In this document: positions 50,025 through 64,000 of the stretch, one piece after another
Layout: each line of letters starts with the position of its first letter
Position numbering within the stretch: position 1 is the stretch's first letter
From: Eledone cirrhosa
Lineage: Eukaryota
Length of the DNA stretch: 64,000 nucleotides
Assembly: GCA_964016885.1 (NCBI GenBank)
Contig: OZ024742.1
Location: 261,702,001-261,766,000, forward strand
Reading direction: 5' to 3'
Position numbers and translations under genes: made by a program
The notes under the pieces: model-generated
The model's database searches: none
What the model saw: the letters and a program-made list of their open reading frames with translations, nothing else
What the model was told of the DNA's origin: nothing

Positions 50025-52960
50025 ATCATCAACATCATCATTTTTACATTCATTGTTCTGTGCTTGCATGGATTGGATAAATTCTTTTCAGCACAGCATC
50101 TCTCCACTTGTCGCATTCCTTCATCATCTCCTCTGTGAGTCTCAAAGATTTCAGATCAGCACTTACCACCTCTGCCCAGGTCTTCCTTGGTCTACCTCTA
50201 GGACGGCTTCTTTCCACTGGCACTCCCTGACACTTCTTGACCCAGCAATCATCATCCATGTAAATCATATGTCCATACCAACACAGTCTTCTCTCTTGCA
50301 CACCACTTCAGATTCCTTGTAAACCCAGTTTTATCCAAGCCTTGTAAACCCAGTTCATCCAAGCCCTGGCTTTCACTCACACTTACATTGCACATCCAAC
50401 GAAGCATGGTTGCTTCATTTCTCTCCAGCCTACACATGTCCTCTGCAGTCACTGCCCATGTTTCACTACCATGCAGCATTGCACACGTGTCATACAGCCA
50501 TCCTTTTTTACATAGGGAGAAACCTTTTGTTATCAACAGTGAGAGTAGATCTCTAAATTTCTCCAATCCCATCCTTATTCTAGCTAGTATTCTCTTGGAG
50601 CACCCTCCTCCACGACTGATTAAGTCACCTAGATAGCAGAAGCTATCAATCACTTCCATGGATCCCTCCTGTGATTGGAAAAGGTTTCTATCCTTGATGC
50701 TCTTCTCCTTGATTTCTCCTGTGCATTTTCTACATACAAAGTCTTTCCTTCCTGTTAGTCTACTTGTTATCCCATTACATCTCTTGTGTACCGAAGATTT
50801 ACATTGTGTATATCTTTTACAGTTTATGCCTACTCCTTTTCTACAAATTGAGCAGGGCCACTCTCCTGAAAGAATCAGGCTCTTTTCTTCTTTCCTATTT
50901 ACTAGCACTTTAGTTTTGGCTAAGTTTACTCTCAGCCCTTTGGATTCCAAATTCAGTTTCCATAGTCAGGACTTATTCTCTAGTTCTCTTATCGATTCAA
51001 CTATAAGGACCAGATCACTGGCACAGAGAAGTTTCCATGGACAGCCAGTCTTAAACTCCACTGTTATGGCCTGGAGAACTATGATGAATGGTAGTGGGCT
51101 ACAAACCGAACCCTGATGAACTCTTACTTGTACCTTGAATTTCTCACAAAACTCACTTCCTACTCTCGCTTTACTGACAGCTCCTCTGTACATGGCTTGC
51201 ACTGCTCTCACAAACCATTCTTTTACACTTAATTTTTGTAAGGACCACCAGATAACAGATCCAAGTACACTGTCAAAGGCCTTTTCTAAATTAACAAAAG
51301 CTAAATATAGCAGTTTATTCTTGGTTAGGAACTTCTCTTGTTGTCTCACTAAGAAGAGGGCATCTGTAGTACTTTTCCCAAGCATAAAACCGAACTGCAT
51401 CTCGTCTAATTTGACTATCCCTAATTAGCTGTGCTAGAACTCTTTCCGTCACTTCCATAACTTGGTCCATTAGTTTTATTCTTCTGTAGTTGCTCCTGTC
51501 TAGAGCATCACCTTTACAATTTATGATTGTACTGCTGCACCAGTCACTGTGTATGATTCTGTCCTGTATTACCTGACTGACTATGCAGGTTACTAGTTGG
51601 CTCCTACTTCTTCCGATGCTTTTAGCATCTTGGTAACTATCTTTGATGGTTCTACAGCTTTACCATTCTTCATCTCCTGGATTGCTTCTTTGATCTTATA
51701 ACTCAAATTCAATAGCTGGTCCCTCAGTTGGGGGTAGTCTCTTTTCCTCCCATTCATTCTCTACATTCATCAGCCTTTCATAACATTTCCAGGCCTCTTT
51801 CTTTTGAGCATCAGTAGTACTAAGTGCACCAGTGTCATTTCTAACACATTTTCCCCAACAAAAACTTGATCCACACAGACACACTGCCTTGCTATACAGA
51901 AAACCTCATGTCTCAAGACATTGGCAAGCTTCTCCCTTTGCTTCCTAGTACTGGTCTCTGCTACCCCCATTTTTCAAGTCATTCCAAGCCTGTTTTTTGG
52001 TTTTAATGGCTCTAACCACTGTGTTGTTCCACCACCAGGTCACCCTCTCTCTCATCAGCAGTTCACAATATGTTATGTAAGAATTTCCAATTGTCTTCTG
52101 TTATATGTACCTAACTCATCTTTCCTCTCATAAAATGAATCTTGTAAGGCCTATCTAAACCTATATTTAACAGAAAAGCCCTTTAGCTTCCAAACCTTCT
52201 GTTTCCATATTTTCCTGCATATCTTGTGTTTATTCTGATGTCACTAATAACTAACTTTGTTGGGCAGCATATTTTTTCCTGGGGAAGACCTTAGCATTTA
52301 TGACTGTCCATCTATCTTGTCTTACAAGAAATCAATCTGGCTTGTGTTTTTGCCTGATTCATATATGATCAGGTGGCTGAATGGTTTCCTAACATTTGTG
52401 TTGCAAATAGTTTCTTCATTTGCATCCCAGAATTTCAGGAACCTCACTCCCTCTTCATTTCTTGAATCACAGCAATAGCCGCTGTGAACTCCAGTGAATC
52501 CATCCTGGAACTGTCCAACATGTCCATTGAAGTTGCCTACCAAGATGATGAGGTCTTTTTCATCATTGTTGTCTATAAAAATTCCTCATAGATCCGTTCC
52601 TTTTGTTCTTTACTCAGTCCTGCCTGTGGTGCATAGGTAGATATAATTGTCACCATTCTATTTCCTTCAGTTATTCTAAGCTTGATAATTTGTCACTACT
52701 CTAACTACCTTTATCATTTTATCTATCCCTTTCTCAGCTAGAAGAATGCCTATACCCCCTACCCCATCATCATCAATTCCTACCTACCAAGGTTTGTATC
52801 TATGCTGCTTGCCTGTGAATTGTCTTGCTGAGGCACCCCCCACCCCATCGCCTACATCTCACCTCTTGTAAACAAAATTCATCCACTTCTCTCCTCTCTA
52901 ACAGTTCCATAATTTCACTTGGCTTACCTTTCAGGGTGCCAACATTGAGAGTGACAGCCC
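50025..52960 (-). mobile_element. Decayed near-full-length RTE LINE
   Basis: TLNVGTLKG, GNFNGHVG, MQFGFM, VHQGS and GRPRKTW fragments with a (cat)n tail. Confidence 0.88.
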
Positions 52961-53377
52961 AGAATTGTGTAACTTCACAGTGGTTAGTCCCCTGAGTAAT
53001 AGTTCTTTGTACAATCGAAACAATATCAATATAATATCGAAATAATATCAATACAACGATAGAATATTGAAGCAACATTGATACAATATATAAATACTAG
53101 CAGTCACCCGGCCTTCACTCTGGTTTGTACTGTGCTCAAATCTATTCATAAGGCACCTATTGGCATCTATTGTAAAATAAAAGATGCTAAAAGTTATTTA
53201 AATATTGCATAACATATTTTTAAAAAACTTATTTAGAATATCTCTCTCTCACACACACCATCGTCTCTCCAGCAATTTTAACTGAACTATACAATAGCTT
53301 AGATATAATAGATGACCACATTCACAGACAACAGAAACAGCAAAGTTAATTTTAACCATCAAAGTATAATACTGTAC

Positions 53378-53494
53378 CTTCAAGTTCACCTCTTAAATAG
53401 ATTGCAGTTTTGCTCATTGTTTCCTGGCAAAGGCGCACCACATCAGCTGGTGGTTCATCTTTGGATTCTGACAGGTCATCTACTTTGTTACTAT
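53378..53494 (-). CDS. BLOC1S2: BLOC-1 subunit 2, coding exon 2
   Basis: Acceptor ttatttcAG, donor GTacag. Encodes DSNKVDDLSESKDEPPADVVRLCQETMSKTAIYLRGELE, 117 nt, phase 1-1. Confidence 0.92.
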
Positions 53495-55619
53495 CTGAAA
53501 TAAAGGGTATTAACTCTTAACTTTCTGTAATGATTTAGCAAAAACAAGTTTGTTAATTCAAATGTAGTATCTTTACTATTGGACAGATTGTTGTGAACAT
53601 TTGCAGTATTTGGGTAAAAACTAGAATTTTTAATGTGATGCAGTCATAGAACTGTTTCGTATTTTATTCCTAATATACTTTCATGAGGTACAAGACATTG
53701 AGATTTATATAGTTCCTTATCAACAAACAGAAAATATGAACGTTTAAAAAGACACTCAATTTTATGAAGTTCATCTAGCAAACGACCAACTTGCTGGACA
53801 GAAACAAATGGTAAACATAAACACACATACACATATATATAATTTTAAAATGGTTTTTCAAGGAGCATTAGAAGAGAATGACAGTTAAATAAAGTACTCA
53901 ATACATTAGTAGAAAAGATACATATTTATTTCATATAGAAATGACTTCTACAATACTAGAACTGTTTTATTCATTAGAAATTATCAGGCAGACAGTTAAA
54001 TGAATAGATTGATAGGCAAACCGATGGATAGATGGACAGATTGATAGACAGACAAATGGATAAATGGACAGATAGAGAGACAGATAGATGGATAGATAAA
54101 CAGATAGGCAGACAGATAGCTAGATGGGTGTTTTTTGTTGTGGCACTAGCACTACCACTTTACAGACGGGCTGGGTGCATTTGATCGCAGAATCAGCACT
54201 GCCTCATTACAACATTAAGTGGCTCATTGTTCTTGGCCAGATTGGGGAGGCATTGATGGAGTGGGTATGTAAAAATGAGAGGGGTAGCAGACTACATGGT
54301 GCTAGCCAAAGGAGGAAAAGAAGAGGAAGCACCAGATCATGGAGGTCTTGAAGAGAGTTGCATCTGGCACTATATTGTGAGGTACGACTGGCTTCCGTAC
54401 TGACAAGAATTGGGCTAAGAAAGTAAATCAGGAATGTGCATGGGAACAGTGAACACAATGTGGGGGTGGGGGCACATCTGTCTTTTATGCTGGCATAGGT
54501 GAACAAGGAAGGTGAATTGGGGATACACAATGTGTGTGTGTGTTGAGGGGGTGATTTCTTTCAATGCTGGTATGGGTTGGACAAGGAAGGAGGAATGAAG
54601 AAAAGGTGTTGAAGGATGTGAGAGGAGACTAGAGGAGTGAGGAGGGCTAGTTAGGGAATAAGGGTGGGGAAGGGGGACAGAGGAGACATGTGGGAGTGGG
54701 AAACATTGGCAGGCAGGGAGCTAAATGTTGGTTCACTTTTCTACCTGCACCATGCTTATTTCATTCCACCACGTGAGTTGGTGAGTTTTCTGTCATAAGG
54801 CATATCACCAGTCAACTAAGTCTTGTGTGATCTCCCTCTTGGGAGTCAGCTTCACAAGGTGAGTTTCATTACATCATCCCAAGTCTTTCTTGCACTTCCT
54901 CTTACATATGTCTACCCTGCATTTCTTTATGCAACTATCATCCTCCATGTACATCAGATGTCCTCAATAGCACAGAGGGTGAGAGAGAGGCGGTTGGCAA
55001 AAGGGAAGGGATGAGAGAAAAGTGGGTTTAAAAAGAATGGGTGACATATTCACAGCCTGACTGTGAAAACAATTGGGGGATAAGAGCGAGTGGGGAGGCA
55101 TGTCACAAGTTACTCGAAAGTGAGGGTGGGAGGGAAAGGTGGCCTTAAAGAGAGAGAGTGATGATAGTTGATCTGCCGGGAGGTGGGGGGTGAAAGAGGG
55201 GTGGCTTTAGAGAATGTGTGTGACTCTGTGACATCCTTAGCCAGGCTAGGAATGCAGAAATGAGGGTGGGGGAGGCAAACAAGCTACATTTTGCTCACGG
55301 ACAGAGTGGGTGAGAGATGGTCTTAGAGAGTGATGTCGAGGGAGGAGGCGTCCTTCTTTCCATGCTGGTATGGTTGACAAAGGAAGGGGGAATCAGGGAT
55401 GTGAGTGGGGAGGGTAAGTGATGAGTCATGAAGTGAAAGATTGTGCAGGCAAAATCTGGCAGTACCCTGCAAGAGGTTCCATGTTGACAGAGGTAAGGTA
55501 AAGAAGGAGTTAACAGGGATGTGAATAAAAAAGATTAAGTGGGGGATGGGGAATTAGATATTTATCCTCAGCCAACTAGACTATTGCTCACAGCTATTGT
55601 CACTCTAAAGTGTCAAATT

Positions 55620-56085
55620 AATTGCAGAACTTAAAGCAATCCAATAAAGCTACACCAAGAAGATTGCTTCAATGAAAGAGATGAGCTACTGGGAGAGGCT
55701 GAAAAAAATAAAGCTCTACTTCCTGGAGCAAAGACAAGAGAGGTATGCTGTGATATACATATGAAAGATCTTGGAAGGGTTAGCACCAAACTGTAGCATT
55801 GAGAGCTGGACCAACCCCCAAAAGAATGCCACTATGCAGTGCCAAAGGTCCCACACATCACATCTGGAGTAAGAATCAGATATTGCAACAGCTTGGGGTT
55901 CAAGGGTCCCCGGCTCTTTAATATGCTACCAAAAAATCTGAGACATCTACATGGGGTGGATATAGATATTTTTAAGAAACAACTCAACATTCTGCTATCT
56001 AAGATCCCAGATGAACCCACAGCATGACAAGAAGTACAAATAAGGCAACAGTGACAAATTCCCTCATGCATCAATGGCCAACCAA
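55620..56085 (+). mobile_element. CR1/L2-group LINE 3' fragment
   Basis: SYWERLK...LE.RQERY..IY and KGPRLFNMLPKNLR....FKKQL...L..IPDEP. Confidence 0.7.
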
Positions 56086-57399
56086 AAAAGGACAGCTATA
56101 GAAAGTCTAGCAACAATGGTGGTGCCCCAACATGGCCCCAGCTAGTTAAATGGAACAGGTACAAGAGTAAAACAAACACAGAGTAAGGGATGCAGACAGG
56201 AAAATGTGAGCTTATTGCTAATTTTATAATATTATCTGTGACACAGATGGCTCCCTCACCTATTCTTTTGTTAAGTTGATTTCTATTTTATCGAAACTAT
56301 TCTCCCCTCCTAATCACATAATTCTATGTCTCATTCTTTCATCTGGCTGTTTTTCAGTTGTTTTGTCTACATAGTTCAAACTGACCATCTTTGTCACACC
56401 TTATTCAGCTTAAAAGCCATATATTTAATCATATTTTTATTTTGACATTAATATAGTTATTGTCTTTAAAAGAACTATGTCAGAGCCCCGGAGAGGTGGA
56501 GCTACGTAATAAGTCGGACTATCTATTATTTCCTCTTCATTATAGGTCTGTTTATTCAATGATGATCTGGGGTTCAACAACAAAGAGAGAAGATTGTGAG
56601 AACAATACTACAGAGGATCACCAAACTGCTTGGCAAAAGAGTAATGGAAATTAACATGATGTGTTGCAATGATCAAGTAGTCAGGCATTCCTCAAGACAA
56701 TGTCAAAGCTGGTGCATTGTATTATTGGGAAAGACACTTTATTTAATTTTGCTCCAGTCTACTCAACTGGGTAAGAATGAGTTGCAACACTGGTGCCAAG
56801 CTGTACCAGCTTATGCTTTTCTTTTGGACAACATTAGTGTTGCGAAAAGCACCACTGGAGCCCAATTATATTGATAACAATAGCCATTGGATAACATTAT
56901 CCGTGATTAAAATAAACGTGTTTTCTATGTAAAATGTGTCCTATTAGATTTTAAACAATCAACTTGATAATTAAATTCAAGACCGACAGAAAGTATAAAT
57001 GCAAATATATAAACGCAAAACACGTTAACCAGTTTGATACCAAAACACTTGAAACTGACTTGGGTTCCACGATACAAAACTGTTTATGTTTAAAAACCTT
57101 CCATCATAATTCTTTGTTAAGTTATGTTCCCAACACCATCTTTGTAACGAGAACGTTCGTTATATTACTGAATTCTTGATTATTATCAATATGATTTGAA
57201 AATCATAGGCATTGTCTTTCATTAGAAATATTGTATCGAAAATGATGCCACGTAGAAATTAATTAGCTTGTTTTTAACGACGATGGGCTCAGACAGATTT
57301 ATTTCAAAGGACAATAACTGTATTAATGCCTAGTGTTCAAAGCTTTAGAACACGTAATATAGATTGAAATATAAGAAATAACAGTAATTGCGACATAAC

Positions 57400-57481
57400 C
57401 TTCCATCCTGGCAGTTTCGTCTTCGTTTTTCATGCGGTTTTCTTGGTCCTTTTTACTCTTCATACTTTCATGGCCTGCCAT
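57400..57481 (-). CDS. BLOC1S2: BLOC-1 subunit 2, coding exon 1 (predicted)
   Basis: ATG at 57481, MAGHESMKSKKDQENRMKNEDETARME, phase-1 donor GTtatg compatible with exon 2. Upstream acceptor tatatttAG at 57502. The five exons total 456 nt. This N-terminus is poorly conserved. Confidence 0.7.
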
Positions 57482-57644
57482 TATTTACATCGCTTATGTC
57501 ACTAAATATAACAACACCAAATTAGTAACATTTTAATTGCATGTAAATTGTAAGAAGAAAGTTTTATTTTAAATTCATATCATTGAGGAACATTTATTTA
57601 GAGCTTCTTTTTTTTCAAATAAAAAATACTGAACATCGTTATAT

Positions 57645-57743
<99 letters not shown>

Positions 57744-57989
57744 AGTGTGTGTGTACACACACGTATATGTGTAAACAAACGCGTATTAAACAGAAAAATA
57801 ACACGGATCAAGCGAATTTGCAGAATTTTTTTATGTTTCCTCTTAGTATACATCTCTCTCTCTCTCTCTCTTTATTTATTATATAGAACTATAATATTGT
57901 ATCAATCATTGTTGCATTTAGATGAATATGTAATGAAATAATTAAAGGCGTTTACAATGACATAAGCGGGTTCAAATTATGAAAATCGA

Positions 57990-58090
57990 TAGTGCAGACT
58001 CACTTTTGTAGATATAAGTCGAGATATTTTGGTTTCTAATTGAGTTATTTCTAATATTCTCAACATATATAGGGACACACTAAAGCACAT
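57990..58090. promoter_or_regulatory. Putative compact bidirectional promoter / 5' UTR region for BLOC1S2 and RNF181
   Basis: Minus-strand donor GTGAGT at 58003-57998 (candidate non-coding BLOC1S2 exon) lies 88 bp from the RNF181 ATG. Confidence 0.5.
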
Positions 58091-58170
58091 ATGGCTTCGT
58101 ATTTCGATGAACACGACTGCGAACCTTTAGGAGATGGCCAAGCACCAAATCACACACTCTCATTAGCCAG
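58091..58170 (+). CDS. RNF181: E3 ubiquitin ligase RNF181, first coding exon
   Basis: MASYFDEHDCEPLGDGQAPNHTLSLAR matches the recalled RNF181 N-terminus MASYFDEHDCEP. Donor AG|GTaggt. Confidence 0.88.
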
Positions 58171-58530
58171 GTAGGTCTTCCTTAATAAATTTCATTAAAT
58201 TGTTTACTTTACAATATGAACTGGATAACAAACATATATCTATAGTTCTACAATGTAGAAAATAGTCTGTTTATTTTTTTACTGTGACTTATATGTTCGT
58301 TTACTCCTCAATGCCTCAGACAACTGTTGACTTAAGAAGAATATCTTGCAGTGTTTTAAAAATTCCTTTCTAACAATTACATTTCCTACTCTCTTAAATT
58401 AGCAATTGTCGGCTATAATTTAATGTTCGCAGAGAGTCATTTTTTAAAATATGTATATATATATATAAATTGAAACGGCAAGAGGTCAGCTGTCGGGGTA
58501 ACGATTCTTTCACACACACACACATATATT

Positions 58531-58567
<37 letters not shown>

Positions 58568-58659
58568 ATAATGTGTGTGTGTGTGTGGTATGTATGTATA
58601 ATATATATATATGTGTGTGTGTCTACAATATATATAGGTATGAATAATATGTGTATGTG

Positions 58660-59810
58660 TGTATATTCTTCATCTTCTACGCCCACTTATTCCTGGAAGG
58701 GGCATGGGGGTAAGGTCTTCAAACACTTCTTCCAGCAGGTCTTATCAGAAGCAACCGTCTCCAATTGATCCAGCTGGATTCTAAAGTGAGACCAGCCGAG
58801 CTCATGGATGTTATCTAACCATCTTGCTTGGAGTTTACCCCTGGGTCTCCTACCTGCAAAATCTGTCCAGTGATTCTTTCCTGAGACATTCTAACTACTT
58901 GCCCATATTATCGGAGCTGTGATCTCTCAATTCAGAGAAGTAACGGCTCTACTTAGAGTGACTCTCTGATCGCTAAGCTAAGTACTTGTGAGTGGGGATA
59001 CTCTCAAGCCCCCCGGCTGTCAGAATGTTTTATGGACTGGATCCTATTACGAGTGGAAATTTGCCTCTTGAAGCTTAGGCTGAAAAATAGGTGTATGTTG
59101 GTGGTGCAAATTTATGCATCGAACAAAGAGTCTGAATACAGATCTTTCCTTGATGAAATCACTGTAGCATTTGATGTAGTTAAGATTGAGTCATATATCC
59201 TAATGGGAGTCATCAATGCACATGTTGGCACTGACTGCCTGACATGGAAAGGAGTGATTGGAAGGAATGGTGATCCCAATTTAAATACAAATGGAAAGGC
59301 TTTATTTGACTTCTGTTTTAGCAATGGACTCTCTATTATGAACACCTTCTTTCAGAACATATAAGGTGGGGGGATAAGAGACAGAGACCAATAATTGATT
59401 TTGTTTATTGTCCCTGATCTCTTTGATTCTATGCTGAATGTTCATATTAGGAGAGGGGAAAGGCTGTCAACTGATCACCATCTTGTTATCTGCAGCTTGA
59501 GATTACATAAAGTCAAAGAAGCCCACAAAACTGGCAGGTCAAAGTCAACCTACAGGAATAAGTGGGAAGCGTTGGGAGATAAGGAAGTCAGAACCAGGTA
59601 TGCGAATATTATTGCACCTAAATTCAGAGAAATCCCTGAGCAAAATGAGTATGTTGAAACGGAGTGATGACTGTTCAGCTTGGCATTTCCTGCTTCAGCT
59701 GTTAAATGCTCTGGGTGAAAGTGGCGTGGTGTGGTGCCATGTGGCAGGAGGACCTCTTGGTTCAATCAAAAGGTCAAAGATTCCATCGACGCAAAAGAGG
59801 AAATAATTCC
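58660..59810. mobile_element. RTE-clade LINE fragments of a different family (3' end on -, APE domain on +)
   Basis: VQIYASN...NAHVG....GVIGRNG...IMNTFF and STDHHLV on +. RYYGQV...GRRPRG-like 3' end with (aga)n tail on -. Confidence 0.7.
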
Positions 59811-60329
59811 TTCTTCCTGTACTTGCAGTACAAGCAGGCATAAGAAGTTGCAACAGAGGTAGTATGTATGTATAATATATATTATACATATATACATGTA
59901 TAATATATATTATAAATATATATACTGTCAGATAAAAAGTAGGTTGCCGACCTCTAAATGTAAAACTAAAAATTATTAGTATTGTATCTAAAGCTCACCT
60001 AAACATTGCCTAGGCGGTTTCTTACCATAATAGCGCATCCTGGATGCCATTTCCCTACTCCCACTGACACACCTCACTATGTCAGCTTTCTGAGTGAGGG
60101 CTATGGACCCCCCTCCCCATCCTCTTAAATAAAAGCCCCACCCCTCACACATTTCGCCACTATAGTTTGCATATAGCACCAAAAACATTAGTAGGGTAAA
60201 ATGGACTTAGTGAAGGATTGTTAGTTACTGCTGATGCTGATAAGCAGGATGACTAGAAACATCTGTGACAAATAATATAATATGAAAGAACCTGACATGC
60301 ATGTAAATCCCTTGAGTATCTCCAACCAG

Positions 60330-63300
60330 GAAAAGAGGAAGACAGTCATGCATCCCCCACCCCATCCAGTGTGGAACCTCAGATTCACTACATTAAATGT
60401 CAGAATAATGGGAGGTAAGGGCAATACCACAGGCATGATATTATCTGCATACACCCCACAAGCGGGATTTGCCAATAAACAAAAATACCATTTCTACAAG
60501 GCCGTCCTACAGACTGCCTCAACGACAGATGACAGCAATCTTATGATTGAAGCTGGTGACTTCAATAGACATGTTGGGGAACATCATGATGGATTCCCTG
60601 GCATACATGGAAACTACGGGTTTGGCACATTCTGTAATGCTCTCAACTTAATGATCTGTAACACAAACTTCAAGAAACCAGCCAACCACTTGATTACCTA
60701 CCAATCAAGGGAGCATATAAGCCAGATAGACTTCATCCTCACCAAGAATCAAGACAGGCAAATTGTCTTAAATACCAAGTCCTTCCCTGGGGAGGAATGT
60801 ACTTCCCAACATATATTAGTTGTCAGTGACCTTAGAGTAAGGACTAGGTAGACCAAAAGATGAAAGCCAGTCTGAAGAAGGACTTGGAAGCCGAGAGAAC
60901 CCTCTGTAGGTAACAAATTTAGAGAAATCTTTCTTGATGCCCATGACAGTAAGGAAGAGGAGTTAGGCACATATGACATTGATAAAAATTGGGAATTTCT
61001 ATGGGACAATCTACTGGAAGCCACAAGCAGGTGACATGGTAGAATGACAAGGTAGAAAGAGCCATTAAAACAAAAAGACAAGTCTGGAAGAAGGGAAGAG
61101 ACAGAAAGCAATACCAGATAGCAAGAAGGGAGGTCAGGTGCCAAGTACATCTAGGGAAGCAGGAGGTAGAAAAGAAGTTTGTACATGTTCTGCATCATGA
61201 AGATCAGAGGTGAGAAATGTTCTGGACTGCGAAACAGTATACAAGAAAAAGTTGTGATATGGTTGGAGAAAAGTATATCTGAGATGATAATGGAGCACTT
61301 GCTCTGTCTGACACTGAAAAGAAGGTGGCATGGAAGACATATTATGAGAGGCTGCTGAATGAGGAAAACGAATGGAACAATGAGGGCCTACTCCATGCAG
61401 ACGCTACTGAGGGACCAGCCATGAAAGTTGACAACAGTATGATAGATAAAGCAGTTAAGGACATGAAGGTAGAGAAATCAGCTAGACCATCTGGTATAGT
61501 CACTGAGATGCTAAAAGCATCTGACATGGTAGGATATGAGTTAGACGCATAGTTAATCAAGTAGTTCAGGATAGTGTCATACCCAACGACAGATGCAGCA
61601 GTCATCATCATCACAGTTTAGCATCTATTTTCCACGCTAGATGCTAGTTGGGTCAGTTGATCATGTCTTGCTCATACAGAACTGTTTCTGGCTAGATTTA
61701 TATGGTTGGATGCCCTTCGTATTATAGCAAATTGCTACAAGGGCAAAGGAGATTCTCTAGAGAAAAGTAACTACAGAGGCATGAAGCTGATGGACCAGGT
61801 CATGAAAGTTGCTGAAAGGGGTATAGCACAGCTAATTAGGGAAAGAATCAAGTTAGATGAGATGCAGTTTGGATTTATGCCAGGTAGGTGTACTACTAAT
61901 ACCTTCTTTCTGGCATGACAACTACATGAGAGGTGTTTAGCTAAGAGTAAGCCACTGTATCTAGCATTTGTAGATCTAAAGAAAGCCTTTGACAGGGTTC
62001 CATAACTTATAATCTAGTGAGCACTTACAAAGCTAGGTGTAGATGAATTACTTGTGAGGGCCATGCATGCCATGCATAGAGGAGCAACTAGCAGAGTGAG
62101 AGTCGGCAATGAGTACAGTGATGAATTTGAAGTGCAGGTGGGGGTCCACCTGGGATCAGTCCTCAGTCCACCCCTATTTATCAATGTACTTCAGGCCATC
62201 ACTGAGAAGTTTAAAACTGGCACTCCAGACAAGCTCCTTTATGCTGATGACCTAGTCTTCATACTGAGTCCGAAGGAGAGTTAGCTAGAGGCAAAATTTC
62301 AAGCATGGAAGAAGAACTTCACTAAATTTACTAAAAGTAAATTTAATGAAGATGAAAGTCTTATAAGTAGGAAAGAAGACAGGAAAGTGGCCTTGTTGAA
62401 TATGTCAGAAAGGGATGGGCAGAAATTCCATAAGGTGTACACAATTAAACTATGGATGCACAAGAGATGTAGTGGGATTGCAGGTAGGCTAACAGAAAAG
62501 ATAGCCTTTATATGCAGCAGATTCACAGGGGAAGTAAGCACAAAGGTGAAATAGATTCCCACAGTTGTCAGGGAAGTTCTCTAGAAGTTGTTGACAGCTT
62601 TTGCTTCTTAGGCGATCAAATTAGTAGTGTGGGAGGATGCACTGAAAGTGTGATAGCTATGATAAGAACAGACTGGAAGAGGTTCAGAGATCTATTACCC
62701 CTGCTAACAACAAAATGCTTTTCTCTCAGAGTGAAGGGTAGACTGTGTGCAAACTACAATGCTACTTGGCAGTGAAACATGGGCCTTGACTACGGAAGAC
62801 CTGTAGACGCTAGAAAGAACTGAATTAAGTATGGTCCAATGTTAGTGTGCGTGAGCAACATAGTGTAAGCAAACCGAGGGAAAAACTAGGCATAAGAGGA
62901 ATTGGTTGTAGTGTGCAAGACAGAAGACTGCGTTGGTATGGCCATGTGATGTGCATAGAAGATGGCAAGTGCATAAAGAAGTGCAGAGAAACCCCAGTTG
63001 CTGGAACCCGTGAAAGAGGTAGACCCTGGAAGACATGGGATTAGGTTGTGAAGGCTGACCTTAAAAAGCTAAACTCTAAACCTTACAGCAGAAATGTATA
63101 TGCAATTTAAGTGTGAGTGAAAGGCAGAGTTTGGATGAACTGAGTGAGAAACTGGGTTTAAGTGGAATCCGAAGTAGTGTGCAAGAGTGAAGACTGTGTA
63201 GGTATGGGCATGTGATGCATATGGATGATGATGGCTGGTTGAAGTGTCAGAAAATCCCAGTGGAAAGAAGCTGCAGTGGAAATAGACCAAGGAAGACTTT

Positions 63301-63430
63301 GGCAGAAGTGATGACAACTGATCTCAAATTGCAGAATCTCACAGAGGAGATGACAAAAGAATGCAGCGAATGGAGAGATGCTAAAAATAACTCATCCAAC
63401 CCATGCAAGCACAGAAAAACGATGATGATA
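60330..63430 (+). mobile_element. Heavily decayed RTE LINE(s)
   Basis: AGDFNRHVG, SQIDF, MQFGFMPG, GVHLGSVLSP, LLYADD, RRLRWYGH, a duplicated 3' segment and (gat)n tail. Confidence 0.85.
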
Positions 63431-63488
63431 TATGTATATATTTATCAATAAGCCAACATGAAGGCTAGGTTTTGTATCTTTTACACTA

Positions 63489-63568
63489 CTCATGATACAT
63501 ATTTCTGACACGAGATGGCTACATTTTGATACAATGACACAATCCATTTCACACCTTCATCAGATAGC
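63489..63568 (-). ncRNA. Hammerhead-like motif with long stem II (degenerate stem I)
   Basis: Minus strand reads gctat-CTGATGA-...-GAAA-tatgta-TC-atgag, with the same GAAATATGTATC signature as 32040-32051. Confidence 0.5.
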
Positions 63569-64000
63569 ACAAGATATGGTGCATGGCATCACAGGGACCT
63601 ACAACTTTTCAGCTAGATTCCCACCATATTTCAAATTTAGTATAAAATTCACTGATGTATGTACATGTAGGTGCTTTTCCTTCCATCTTCGTGTGCTTGG
63701 AATACCCTGATGTAATAAACCTCGGAAACTTTGGTAGACACCTAATACCTTCCCCTTGATTTCGCCTGCTAACACCAACTTGATCTCATTAGGGAGGCAG
63801 GCCATTGAATTAACAACACCAGAATTTTTGGGTCTATCTCCATATCACTACTCTGCATATAGATTACATATCAACTGCAATGTGCCGTTTGATATAGGTG
63901 TATCATAGATTGCGTCATGGTATCATAATGTAGTCATCTCACAACAGAATTATGTATCATGGTCATTATGAAAGATATAAAATCTAGCTTTCGTGATGTC

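Noticed and set aside
53645-53995. Two hammerhead-like remnants on the minus strand (ctcatga...gaaacagttcta and ctgataa...taaaacagttcta)
   Set aside because: Core nucleotides are mutated and stem I is not evident. Too degenerate to call.

Overview
AT-rich, repeat-dense animal genomic DNA. The (TA)n/(CA)n tracts, RTE LINEs with (GAT)n tails and SINE types suggest a cephalopod such as octopus, which is an inference. Host genes: the last two coding exons of core histone macroH2A (+, 1193-4522), a complete 5-coding-exon BLOC1S2 gene (-, 57481-29783, 151 aa), and the first coding exon of RNF181 (+, 58091-58170) head-to-head with BLOC1S2. An intron-free, nonsense-disrupted WDTC1 fragment lies antisense in BLOC1S2 intron 2. 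The rest is mostly mobile DNA: three kinds of Penelope-like elements (a Neptune-like copy with an uninterrupted RT-GIY-YIG frame, a near-full-length Naiad-like copy, a decayed copy split by a Helitron), many PHD-finger RTE LINEs, Tx1/L1 and CR1-like fragments, maT/mariner/Chapaev/hAT/TTAA-MITE DNA transposons and two SINE families. The most striking unannotated signal is about a dozen type-I hammerhead ribozyme motifs. Four of them sit in two small non-coding fold-back elements (9777-10117 and 38120-38426), each carrying one hammerhead per strand. The two elements share the ribozyme core and stem I but differ elsewhere. All family calls come from reading the sequence and recalled motifs; no database search was run.
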